Positions 28,628 to 40,749 of a DNA stretch of 64,000 bases are shown piece after piece. The notes beneath the pieces were generated by a model, which was given only the letters and a program-made list of their open reading frames with translations, did no database searches and was not told the origin of the DNA. A program made the position numbers and the translations under genes. The stretch covers positions 310,001 through 374,000 of the forward strand of contig AP026129.1 of NCBI GenBank assembly GCA_030295235.1, in the 5' to 3' direction. The stretch is from Fistulifera solaris. Lineage: Eukaryota. Every line of letters begins with the position of its first letter. Positions within the stretch are counted from its first letter, which is position 1.

Positions 28628-29447
28628 CGTTGGCAAGGAGCATCATTGCAACTACTTTGAAGTCATACATACTATGAACAAGACCGAAAATTATTAACGA
28701 GAAAGTTTTTCAATCAACATGGTCATATCGTGAAAAATATCATTTGCATCGTTCCCAACCAAGGACCGGAGAATGCTTTGGTGCAACTAGCCGAACGCGA
28801 CAACTTTTACTGAATATTACGAAGGAACACTTACTGTACGCCTTTAGGACAGGCATATTTACCATGCACATGGGATTTAAACGAGACAGCAAATTCTTTA
28901 TACGACGCACGACGCGTCGCTTCGTTTTGGTATTGATAAGCAATCAAGCGTTCACAAGACGCCTCAGATGGATTGAATAGGACCGAGATTGAAATACTCA
29001 AACAATGGCTGTATGCTAGTACATCCTAAACGCCGTCAGCCTGAATGAATTCGTCTTTATCCAACAAAACATAATTCCCAGATTGATAGCTCCATGGGCT
29101 TCGCAATTAGAGCACAAAGCGCGACACAACATGTTGGATGATAATATGCACGCTTTGGTTTGATTTTTGATGGGTGCCTGCGCTTTCAGCTCTATGTTGG
29201 TGGTAGAACATTATGATCTCCTCTCGCGCGTTTTGTAACTTGAGTAAGAAACTGAAGGCTCCTTCAGAAGAAAATGAAGTGATCTTATAGCGTAGAGCGC
29301 AAGACAACAAAAGATGGAGAGACTAGAGCAAATAACAATCCGCACGACCACGAAAAGGCTTGCGCGCACAGAATTGGACAGTGTCAGATGGAGGAGCTCC
29401 TCCCGACGCCCGTCGCCATTCCCCGCCACACGCATCCTTCCGTTGTA

Positions 29448-29455
29448 TTTATATA
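29448..29455 (+). promoter_or_regulatory. TTTATATA box upstream of the structured region
   Basis: ~35-40 nt upstream of the first predicted helix. Preceded by a C-rich element (29419-29433). Confidence 0.35.
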
Positions 29456-29489
29456 TTAATTAAATTTACTTGGTTTTGAAAATGAACAA

Positions 29490-30070
29490 GTGTTAGCATG
29501 TAGTTGTTGTGGTATACATTTTTCATTGTGCTGGGACATATGGGGGACCCTTGCGAGTGCCCGTACCCGCTAACCTATTTCTAGGATAACTCATAAGCAC
29601 CGCAAGAGCTCCGAAGACGTTAAGCAGATGTCAACAAGCGATCACAAACGCCCATGTATCCGGTTGGGAGCGGAAAGGCGAATGTGGCTTTCATAAGCTG
29701 CTCAGCGGGTGAACCCCAAACCCCGCTCAACCGTTACCATTGCTTCACCAATCATCGGCGCACACAGTTCTTCGGCACGCCTCATGGATCCCACAACTCA
29801 GGTGAAGAACTTTTCCCAGCACAATGCTCCAACTGCGTGTTTTCCGGTAAGGCAGGAAGCCTCGCAAGCAGGCAAGCGAATCGTCGAGACGACACGAGGT
29901 TGCCGTTTCGCGAGACGACTCCTCCTTCCTCGGGACATACGCACCACAACCCTTCATGCGCTCCCACTGAGTATTCAACCATACGGTCCCAAGCTATGAT
30001 CGCAGGCCACAGCTTTGGCAACAACTGAATACGGGGAGGACATCAAACCTCTCTCAGTCGCCTTTGAGAG
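29490..30070 (+). ncRNA. Candidate large structured ncRNA (telomerase-RNA-like architecture)
   Basis: No credible ORF. Nested helices: 29496-29500/29955-29959, 29506-29513/29943-29950, perfect 13 bp 29524-29536/29814-29826, 29834-29846/29931-29943, 29854-29859/29925-29930, 29971-29977/30026-30032. Confidence 0.55.
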
Positions 30071-31267
30071 GAGATGTGAGAAGAAGAAGAACGCAGCGAA
30101 AAAAGAGAGAAAGATGTTTGGCGATGCTTCTCCTACTTGTATCGTAAAATCAAAATCAGTTTGTGTTCACAAACTTAATTTAAAATCATTTAGAGGGAGC
30201 TCTCTAAGTATTTCTGTCTCGAGCAACGGTTTTCTCCATGTATCGGTTGGGATCCCACGTGTTCCACGAATGAATGTCGCGATATACGCCTCTGGATATT
30301 TTCCAATATTGATGAAAGCAGCCGCGAGCCCGGCCTGCTCGTATCTCACCAGCGAAATACGCGTTTAAAATTCAATTCGAACCGGGGGGAAATAGTGGAT
30401 CGCAAGTCCAATGGAGGCACTTTGTTTGCCACTCCACGATGAACGACGATGGATGTTTTGTTTTCTGTTTTTGCGTTCATCCTTCACGCCTTGTTTCAGT
30501 CTTGTTATTTCAATCGCAGTCTTTCGATGTGTAGCTTGTCTGCGTGTACGTGTCTGCGTATGCATAATATCGGAGATGAGATCACCCGACCAACTTGCAT
30601 TTACGCATTATTTCACATACTCTCGCCATTCTTACAGAAAGAAAACGATTCTTCTAATAACTCCGTACTATTCATAACAATTAGTGATGATTCGGGAGAC
30701 AGAATGTGCCCTAACGTTTCTCAAATCGAACGATGGGAAGCTGCTGTTTATCGAAAATTTGATGGACCTTAACGCCGACTTACACGGATCGAACAGGTTG
30801 CTCATTACGCTTATCATATTATATCATCCGTTAGCGTTCTCGTGAACGTCATTGTAATCGGAGTATACCGATCCGATTGACATTGATGGAAAGGACATGA
30901 CGATTATGTGAAACACGATGGTTTATTGTTTGTTTGTACCTGGTCATGAACTTCGTGGAATCGTCGTTCAAATAGGAAATTCGGTATTCGAGAAAAACAC
31001 CGTAATTGCGTATCCCCGCAACCGACCGCGCGGAAGTGGACCCAGTGCGTGTCATTCGATTGAATTTTCCCTGAATCAATGGCTTCTAACATCCAACCAC
31101 ACGCCCAAAGCCACTATAGGTCCCACCCTCATTCTCGTTCTACAGCAAAACAAAAGAAATCCTGAACAACGAGGAGTCTTCCCCTCAGAATGTTAAACAA
31201 CATTGTAACTATGTGTGATATCAAAGTCATGTTTTTATTATTACTGCATGAGGCTGTTTCGTCTCTT

Positions 31268-31900
31268 CTACATGCCATCGCGACTCGTCATCCCCACAAA
31301 GAACTGATCCCGAGCTTGTCGAAACGCTTGTGTGAGAGTCATATCACCCGGCGCCACACCCGGTGGCAATCCAGGCTGGTGAGACATGTGACCCATATCG
31401 TCACTCGCACTGGCGTCTTCATCTCGTAACAAAACCGCCGAGGCCAACTTGCGTCCATCCACTTCTAGAATAAGTCCTCCGTCACAGTGTTCATCAATCA
31501 ACAAGAAGACCAATTCCAAGTTATCAAGTACCATGGAGCGATCGGTTGATCCTCCCATGAGTTGCGCTAATGCACTGTGCATTCCCTCGCACAAATAAGC
31601 CAGCACCAACTCCGATTCACTGGGTGAGCCAACATGAACCACTTTGACGTCTGGGCCGTTGCCACCCGTGAATACAGCAGTACGTCCTTGCACGGTGACA
31701 ACTTCGGCAGCATCCGGCCGTGCGGAAATCCCAGCGATTTTCTGCTGCAAGGCTTGTTCAAATTGCAAACGCAACGCTTCGACCGTTTGATCACCGCTGG
31801 GCTTGCTCAAAAACTCTCCGTAATATTTACCCGCGAGGCGATTGCCTTCGTGATCCAAGACAAGAATTGCGTCTATTTTCGGGAGCAAAGGTGGAATCAT
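31268..31900 (-). CDS. COPZ: Coatomer subunit zeta
   Basis: AILVLDHEGNRLAGKYY, SELVL, LDNLELVFLLIDE.CDGGLILEVD, LTQAFRQARDQF. Confidence 0.9.
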   Translation of the reverse strand: MIPPLLPKIDAILVLDHEGNRLAGKYYGEFLSKPSGDQTVEALRLQFEQALQQKIAGISARPDAAEVVTVQGRTAVFTGGNGPDVKVVHVGSPSESELVLAYLCEGMHSALAQLMGGSTDRSMVLDNLELVFLLIDEHCDGGLILEVDGRKLASAVLLRDEDASASDDMGHMSHQPGLPPGVAPGDMTLTQAFRQARDQFFVGMTSRDGM

Positions 31901-32211
31901 TGTTGATAATAGTCAAAAACAAGAACGAGTGGAATGAAAAATACTGCGGTTCGCGTCGCTTATTGCGACCATGGTCACGACGACAGGAGCGCCTTGCCTC
32001 GTTGCGAAAAAAAGCAGCAGATGACTTTTTTAGTACCGAACGGTTATGGCGTCACGACGTGATTGAATGCCGTTTACCCTTTGCATAAGCTTATCCTTAA
32101 GTGAAGAATAATTCGAGCGAATGAATGAGGCCAACTCATCGCAACAACAACAAAAAACATTGTCAGGCTCATCATTGTTGTAAGCATTAAGTAAGAAAGG
32201 GTCCATCTTTC

Positions 32212-33713
32212 ATGTATTCTCGCACTATTTGTCTACCAAGAAATCTGTTTATCGTGTCGTGGTTTTTGATCCTTTCTCAACGAGCTGCTACCGTTCGTTC
32301 ATTTCATTTCTGCCGATCGTTTTCCACCGCAATCGGCCGTCCCCTCATCAGCATGGCGCCGGCTCGTACTTCTCCTCGTCGACGGACGCTAGCTTCTACT
32401 AAAGAAGAAGAATCCGCTGAAAGAACCATTATAGAGTCACCGAAGAAGAAACTAGCAAAAGTGGTGAAAACGAAAAAGATAACAGCAAAAGCGACTGTTA
32501 CAACCAAATCACCCAAAGGATCTACGGCAACGACGACACAAGGTGAAATAACACCCAAGAAACAAAAACTTTCCAAAGGTTCCGATACAGAAGACTCCCC
32601 CCACAAAAAAGGTCAAAGCACCGAAACATCAAGTCGTCACGACTCGAGACCCTATTCCCAAGCTATGGAATGAAGATCGCGCACGTGAAAATAACTCTTA
32701 CAGTACGTCTCGTCGGCACTTACATCGCTGAAAAGCTTTCGTCACCTCATTTCCGTTTACTCTTTGTATTTTATAGCCTTTAAAATCGCCACTTGGAATG
32801 TGGCTGGTTTGCGGGGTCTTTTGACCAAAGATCCAGAAGCATTGAAGAATTTGTGTCAAAAGCATGATCTGGATGTGTTGTGCTTACAGGAAACCAAGTT
32901 ACAAGAATCACACGTGACGGATCTCAAACTAAATCTGACACAGCATCATCCTATTGGGTACGATGCCCACTACTCGTGTTCCAAAGCTCGCAAAGGTTAT
33001 TCCGGAACGGCTGTTTTTGTGAAACGACAAGCGGTGACGAAACAACAAACAACGTTGGATTCGTTCTTTCAACCGAAAACATCGGAAAGAAAGGAAAGGA
33101 AAGTACAAAGTACGTTCCAGCAAACTTCGATCGTTCGTTGTTGTCACCCACCGAGATTCTATTCGATATGGGCATTGAAAAGCACGACCAAGAAGGACGA
33201 ATGGTTGTTTTGAAGTTTCCTCATTTCACTTTGGTGAATGTATACGTTCCGAATTCGGGTCAAAAGTTAGAGCGCTTATTGTATCGCACCGAGGAATGGG
33301 ATGTAGATTTTTTGAAATTTATGCAGTCACAGCCCAACGCCTTGTGGTGTGGCGACTTGAACGTGGCGCACACGAACCTCGAAGTCTGGAATGACGGCGC
33401 CAAGCATTTGGCAACACAAGCCGGTGTCACTGAACAGGAAAGAGCTTCTTTCACGCATCAATTAGAAACTGGATTTATTGATGTGTTTCGTCACCTCCAT
33501 CCAACTGCGGCGGGACACTACACGTACTGGAGTCAGCGAGCTGGGAACCGAGAACCGAACAAGGGCTTGCGCTTGGATTATTTCATTTGCCATCCGTCTT
33601 TATTAGAAGAGTCCTCGAACATAATAGTCCGGGACAGTTACATGGACCCAGAGCAAATGGGATCGGATCATTGTCCAGCTATAGTGGAAATGGAAATCAA
33701 AGCTACTACATAG
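32212..33713 (+). CDS. AP endonuclease (ExoIII/APE1 family)
   Basis: KIATWNVAGLR, LCLQETK, KGYSGTA, EGR, NVYVPNSG, CGDLNVAH, LRLDYF, GSDHCP. Intron 32703-32776. Frameshifts. Confidence 0.92.
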
Positions 33714-33769
33714 ATCGTTAAGTAAAATCAACGCGACCTTAAATGCGTTAGGCCTCTCTACGTCGGGGC

Positions 33770-34225
33770 AACTTTCGAATTCGAAGCATAAGATGTTATC
33801 TCTTTTCGACGGAGTATGTTTTCGTATCGATATTCGAAAACTTGCTGCGTTTCAATACGAACGATTATTGTTGTACATGGCACGAGATATTCATGACGCA
33901 AAACATAGACACTAGAATGATGCGGTGAAAAATTTGACTCAATATCCGGGATTCCCTAATACGATAAATAATTTTCCTACGGGACGTACGTGCAAACCAC
34001 GTAGACTCTCCAAGCATGACATATTTTCTCGCTTGTATGTTTTTTGCATCGATAATCAATAGCCTGCTGGTTTTCAATACGAGTGATCTATGCTATTCAT
34101 GGTACCCTGGTACGTAAGATGTTTGACGAAAAACATACCCCAAAATTGGCGTGGTCAAATTTGATTCAATATCGATAAATTTCCTACGGGGGCAACGTGC
34201 AACCACGTAGACGTTCGAAGCATTT
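33770..34225. repeat. Degenerate tandem duplication, ~220-bp period
   Basis: AAATTTGAYTCAATATC...TTTCCTACGGG...ACGTGCAA(A)CCACGTAGAC...AAGCAT at ~33928-34017 and ~34157-34223. TTTCAATACGA at ~33850 and ~34072. Confidence 0.7.
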
Positions 34226-34643
34226 GAATTCTTCTCTTTTCTCTAATTTGAATTCAATTATCGCTTACCCAATACTTTTTGATACGAATAAGCTCTCTTA
34301 TCAATAGAACAAGCGACGATTGGCGCAAAACAAGCCCGAAAGCTGGTTGGATAAAAACTATGTCGATGGATTCCCAAAGTACAAGTACCGGTACGGTACG
34401 TCCTCCGGTACCGGTTACCGTACCGTACCAGGTACCGGTACGTCCTTCTGTACGACTACCCGATACCGCTGAAATTTTTTGCATTCCCGATGGTCGATGG
34501 TGAATGAATCAACACGAATCTTCCGACCAATCGCAAAAATCGGGCCAACAACAAGTCTCACCTGTACTTGTACCTTCCGATGTGCTGGAGATGCAATACA
34601 CAAACCACGCTTGCATAAAACTTTCCCGACTCATCACACAACC

Positions 34644-35070
34644 ATGACGAAGAAATCTGCAAAGGTGCCAACGAAGAAAGCATCAAGTACAGCAAATTAC
34701 GAAAAACATGTAGCTGAAGAAACAGTGGCAACAGTCGGAAATGGCAAACGACGAGGTCTAACTTTCTTTGGTAAACTCGGAATATTCTTAGGCTTTCCTT
34801 TACTTTGTGGGTTCATGGGACTCTATATGTGGTATTTTGCTTCTCTGAAAGACCCTCAAAGAAAGGTAGATTTGGATCGGGATTTTATCATGCCCTTTTA
34901 CTTGGACTTGCTATGGTCGTCGTCGTCGGCATGCAAACGAATGGTTTTACCACAAAAGAGACAAAACCTTTAATACAGTGGCCGAAAGTGAAACGGGTCA
35001 AAAGTTTGTGCGGAAAGGGGAGGAAGGTGGAACGACAGAAAGTTCAGCGGTGCAGAAAAAAGAGAACTAG
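34644..35070 (+). CDS. Small hypothetical membrane protein (2 TM)
   Basis: Lys-rich N-terminus, hydrophobic GIFLGFPLLCGFMGLYMWY and LLGLAMVVVVGMQT across a frameshift. Confidence 0.6.
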
Positions 35071-35223
35071 GTTGTTGGGGGAATGTTTCGCGACTTCAGT
35101 GCCTATAATCATCATAATAAGTGTAAATGAAATAGAATCCAGTCGCATGGGCAGGTTTTTGTCAAGTCTACGAAAATACTAAAAAATTGATGTACAGATG
35201 AATGTAAAAATAAGAAACTGAAT

Positions 35224-37582
35224 TTACAACTCATCGTCACCAAAGTCACCCGCGTCATCGCCGCCGGCGCTGCCTCCTGAGCCTCCCCTGCTGGTAAACA
35301 TTTCGCATAATAGGATTGGACACTTGTTCGACTTCCTTCAGCTTCTCGTCGTAGTCAGCCTTGTCGGCTTCTGGGTTGGAGTCCATCCAGTCAATCGTTT
35401 CATCGATCATGTCTTGCAATTCCTTCTTATCTTCTGCGGAAATAACATCAGAGATACCCTTTTCTTCGTCTTCAAGAGTGTTTTTCAGGTTGTATAGGTA
35501 GCTCTCAAGTCCGTTGCGGGCGTCAATGCGCTCCTTGACTCGCTTATCTTCCTCAGCGAACTCTTCAGCCTCGCGCACCATTCGCTCAATATCCTCCTCC
35601 GACAAACGTCCCTTTTCAGCAGTGATGGTAATCTTTTCAGACTTTCCTGTTCCCTTGTCTTCGGCAGACACTTGCAAAATACCGTTGGCGTCAACTTCGA
35701 AAGAAACTTCGATTTGGGGAACACCACGGGGAGCCGGAGGAATTCCAGTCAACTCGAACTTTCCAAGCAAATGGTTGTCCTTGGTCATGGAACGTTCTCC
35801 CTCGAAAACCTGGATCAACACAACACTCTGGTTGTCCTGGTGAGTAGAAAATGTTTCTACGAAAAGAGGAAAGGTCAGCAATTTGTGCACAAGTGACTCC
35901 TGAAATACATAGCGACACTACTTACGAGACTTCTTGGTAGGAATGGTGGTTCCACGGTTGATAAGCTTAGTCATGACTCCACCAACGGTCTCGATACCTT
36001 GGGAAAGCGGGGTCACATCCAAAAGAAGAATTTCACTGGTAGCATCACCACCTTCTCCGGACAAGATACCACCCTGTACAGCAGCTCCGAAAGCGACGGC
36101 TTCATCAGGGTTGATACCCTTGGATGGCTCTTTTCCGCCAAAGTATTCAGAAATGAGCTGTTGAACCTTGGGAATACGGGTAGAACCACCAACTAGAACA
36201 ATCTCGTCGATTTCGTCCTTGGAAAGGTCGGCATCCTCCATGACACGAGCAACAGGACCCATCGTCTTCTTGAACAAATCGTTGTTGAGTTCTTCGAAAC
36301 GGGCACGAGTCAATGTCTCGGAGAAGTCAAAGCCATCGGCCAAGTCTTCAATTTCCAAACGAGCTTGCTGCTGAGTGGAGAGGGCACGCTTGACACGTTC
36401 GACCTCCTTTCGCAGCTTCTGCAAGGCACGCTTGTCGTTGCTAATGTCAACTTCGTTCTTTTTCTTCATCATCTTAATGAAGTATTGCATGACACGCTGA
36501 TCAAAATCCTCTCCACCCAAGTGAGTGTCTCCGTTGGTCGCCAAAACTTCAAACACACCGTTATCAATCGTCAACAGGGTGACATCGAAAGTACCACCAC
36601 CCAAATCAAAGACCAAGACGTTGGATTCTCCTCCCGTCTTGTCCATACCGTAGGCGATAGCGGCAGCGGTGGGCTCGTTGATGATACGTTCCACCTTCAA
36701 ACCAGCAATCGTACCAGCATCCTTGGTCGCCTGACGCTGGGCATCGTTAAAGTAGGCGGGCACCGTGACGACCGCATGCTTAATTTCCTTGCCGAGGAAT
36801 GTTTCGGCCGTGAGCTTCATCTTTTGCAGAATCATGGCGGAAACTTCTTCGGGCGCAAAAGTAGCCGTTTGTCCGTTTTGCTTGACTTGAATGACGGGCT
36901 TGTCCTTGTCAGAAACGATTTCGTAAGGAACTAGCTTTTTATCGGCCTGTACGGATTTGTCGGAATACTTTCGACCAATCAAGCGCTTGACGTCGAATAC
37001 AGTGTTTTGTGGGTTGATGGTAGCCTGGTTTTTGGCGGCATCACCGACGAGACGCTCACCATTCTCCATGAAGGCGACATAGGATGGCGTGATACGGTTA
37101 CCCTGGTCGTTGGCAATAATCTCGACACGTCCATTCTTAAAGACACCGACGCAGGAATACGTAGTACCAAGATCAATACCAATGACCGTTCCGATCTTGG
37201 ATGTCTCTTCTTCTTCGGCGTAAATTGGGCGAGCCCAAAGTGCCACTGGAAATGTGAATAAGGGACGACAGGGGTGAGAAAAACATCAACGACCGAAAGA
37301 GGCAAGAGATGGACAATTTGAAACGAGAGACATCAACTGAGATCAACATGAGACAGAGGATTGAAAAGCTCTGTATATATAGAATTTTTCTTCATCTACA
37401 GCTTTCATGTTGCAATGAGGTGAGCAGAAACAACAGAACCTGGCTCTCATAGCCCTCTTCCGGTCATTTTCGCCACCGCAGACATCCGTCGGAACATTTT
37501 GTGCCTTTTCCTTTCGGTCAAACGACAAGAACGCTTCTCAACAATACTCACAGGCTGCAACTGCGAATGATTTGAATAGCAT
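35224..37582 (-). CDS. BiP: ER luminal HSP70 (BiP/GRP78)
   Basis: Signal peptide [20 protein letters not shown] after splicing intron 37246-37551. [31 protein letters not shown]. Second intron ~35856-35925. Ends DFGDDEL*. Confidence 0.97.
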
Positions 37583-37743
37583 GTTTCTTCTTCACTTGTA
37601 TTATTATTATTCTTATTCTTATTTGTTTCCTTTTCAAGCAAACGTGATGATGGAAATGAACATGAACACGATGGAGAGAGATTCAATGACAAAGTGTACG
37701 GTAGAAGCGAATTGACGCAATCGGTGGACGGTGGACAAACGTC

Positions 37744-37801
37744 AAAAGTTCCACGTGTGCGGTTTTTCCATCAACCGGAAGTAGACACACGTGGAACTTT
37801 T
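37744..37801. promoter_or_regulatory. 16-bp perfect inverted repeat, each arm carrying a G-box (CACGTG)
   Basis: AAAAGTTCCACGTGTG (37744-37759) / CACACGTGGAACTTTT (37786-37801), ~160-220 bp upstream of the BiP ATG. Confidence 0.6.
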
Positions 37802-38472
37802 TCGAACGATTGCGACGCAAGACCTCTGACTCTGTCTGACCAGTAATCGAAGACGGATTTTGATTAAGGCAAGTAATTCGGTCATTCTTTTTGGTTCGAG
37901 GCTGATCGCTGATCGTCAACGCCTCGGTCATTCAGTCGTGCTCGGGAGAAGGATTTGGCTAGAAACGAAGAGATAGTAAAGTGATACTACCTTTCAAATG
38001 TACAATAGAGGATCTGATTTTTCATTTGACATAATGAGCAATGAGCTAGTCTTGAATCAACTTCCTCCTTCTCCGGTTCTCATTTCCAGTTACTGTTTCC
38101 TGTACTTCTGTATGACTTCCTTGATGAGATGACGTCGACATATCCTTCACTTCTCCGCTCCGATGCGTGGCACCAGCCACGTCGCACACTCCAGCTGACT
38201 TGACTTCAGAAAACTCCGACGATGACCTTGCGTTTTCACGGAGAACGCCGTCACGCTGCCACGAAATTCAACGCCAAAAGGAGGACAAGACAGCGAACAC
38301 CAGCAGTTTTCGAGCCACTTGTCGCACAATTTCTCACGGCACCTGCCTTGTTCACACCGGCGCTGACGACATACTTTCCCCACGGTGGTGACCCCCTTTG
38401 CACCTTTCTTTCTGTAACAACCACATTTTCGTTCATTTCCTCTCTTCTTCAAGAAAGGAAAAACAGTTCCAT

Positions 38473-39186
38473 AATGGATATCATCGAAGAAACACACGCC
38501 AACACGGAAGCTTCTCGCCCCCCGATTTCCGATCTTTCGGAAGAGACCAAAAAGCGAACAAGCGAACAAGCTCAGCTACAAGACGACCCCGAGAGCGACC
38601 GAAAGAAGCTTCAACAACGACGAGAAGCTAACCGGGTTCATGCTTTCAAGTCACGCCAGCGCAGCAAGCACTTGCTATCCGAGTTGCAAACGACGGTGAA
38701 CGAATTGGCCAAAGACAAGTCCGAGCTAGAACGCCACAATGCTGTACTCCGAGCCCAAGTTGAAGTACTGCAACAGCAAAACCTCTCCTTGCTGCAAAAT
38801 CAACAGCAAATGATGCTGCAACAAAAGGGCTCGCCACAGATTCCGCCGTCCTTGGCGGGTTCTTCGGCCGGTTTCAATTTCGCCTCCAATCCTTTCATGG
38901 CAGCCGCGGCAGCCGCAGCTGCGGCCTCGGGGATGGGAAGCTCGCCCTTGGCAACAATGCTTCTCTAGCCATGCTGGCGACAATGATGGGAGCCGCCGCC
39001 AATCCGACCCCGAATGCTGCAGCGTTGGCCATGATGAACTCTTTGGTGGGCGGGCAAGCGCCAAGAGCGATGAATTTGGGGGAGGAAACGAGCGCGGAAC
39101 ATTCCGTTTTGCCGCCGCAGTCGAGTGCCTCCGGCGGTAGCAGACCTTTCGCCGGCCCGGGGGGCCGAAGCGGGGGCGGGAAGTAG
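38473..39186 (+). CDS. bZIP transcription factor
   Basis: RREANRVHAFKSRQRSK basic region plus leucine heptads. The Ala/Met-rich tail changes frame near 38950. Confidence 0.88.
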
Positions 39187-39907
39187 TTAGGTTATTGTTG
39201 TTCTGTCAAGACTCATGTCAACAAGTCACTCGTCAATATATATCAAAGTAACTGTTTCTTTATGCTATTCACTACAGGATGTATACATGCTTAGAGTATG
39301 TTTTGTACTAGCCTGCATCGTTTTGAAGGATTCGCTGAAATTGAAAAGCGGTACTTGTAGTAGAGTGCCGATTCGGCCTCAGTCTGGTGAAATGTTTGCA
39401 TCGCAGCATCGATAATGAACAGTGCACTTCCGATCTCGTCGAAGCATAAAAAATTCAAGTCAGACCCAAACAGCACATGGCATGTCGATTTAAGCGTCCA
39501 ACAAGCTTTGTCGTACACCGTGAAAAGCGTTAGAGGTGCAAAAATCAGTAAAATTAATGCAGGCTATGCCATCCCCTTATGCAAGATGTTAGCAGATTTT
39601 AAGTTTACCGGTTACGGTTATTTCCAACTTGGAACAGTTAAACGCAGTTTACCACTCCGTGAAAGAAACAAGATTAGTTTAAAGATTTCTCTAATTCCTA
39701 TTTTGTGGTAGTTCATTATGCTAAAAAGGCTTCTACTTTAACTCGACTTGACATTCTAGAAAAAGTTGCCCTAAATTCGACAGCGGATCATCATGCCAAA
39801 TGATCGGCGCTTCTACATTCTCGATGATTCCGATTTATTTTTTAAGTTTTCAGGACGAGTTCACCAAGCTGCCGACACACGTACTCTTTGAAGCTTGCGA
39901 CACACCA

Positions 39908-40496
39908 TGAATGCGTTAGCCATGTCTAGGATCTCTGCTAGCGGGCGGCCATGTAAGTCTAGCCAGTCAAACGGGATTTCCAGACATGACAAAAGATCGG
40001 TGGCAGCTCATCAGGAAGATGACTTTACAGAATCAACCTCGACTTTGTCGTCGTTTTCGAGCAAATCAACGTCCGTCAGCTTTGGGAGCGTTCTAGTTCA
40101 TTATCACCCCATCGTTCTCTCGAACAATCCTGCGGCGCGAGAGGGCCCCCGATCGAATTGGCGTGGGAAGCTTTGTACTCGGAAGTCTTTCATGTTGATG
40201 AGCTCACCGTCGATGAAAAGCGAACTGCGGGTAATGTGAAACGGATAGTCGGAGAAGATCGCGAGAAATGGTTACGGGAAAAGGGATTTTGCGATCATTG
40301 TCTTCAAAAGGTATCGGCAGAGATAGAAGCCATTAAACAATCACGCAGTGACGAGGCAGCGATAGCGAAAGAAATCGAATCCCTCGATCGGTACAAACAA
40401 ATGTCGACGGCATCTCACCGCGCGTGCAATCGCGAAATGCGTCGTTCGTTTCACAAAACATCCAATGCTGGATTTGTGGAAAAGTGGAAGAAATGA
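39908..40496 (+). CDS. Hypothetical protein of the 'VxFGxV...LxxNP...GPPxxLxW' family
   Basis: SVSFGSVLVHYHPIVLSNNPAAREGP|.ELAWE; one frameshift. Confidence 0.65.
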
Positions 40497-40749
40497 GACA
40501 AAGTCACTTGATGACACGGCAGCGAAATTCTATCATGCGTTGCTTGCTTCGCAGGAAGAGCGCGCCATAGAAGTTACTGCAACGGAATATGAGGAGAAGG
40601 GCTTGCCCCGACCAAAAAAGAACACCTTAACTTAGTAGAAGAACATGTCATGTGAGTAAACCGAAATGATGTGCGCCGTGCCAGTTCCCATCGTAACGCT
40701 TCCATCACTATTCGTTCAGCTTATCAGTAAGCTTGATGTCTTTGTTGCG

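Noticed and set aside
29654..30368. Short ORFs in the structured region; RNase P/MRP, SRP, snRNA, group I/II intron or riboswitch identity
   Set aside because: The ORFs have no motifs. I could not find P4/CR-I/CR-V, SRP helix 8, snRNA boxes, group II domain V or a TPP consensus by eye.
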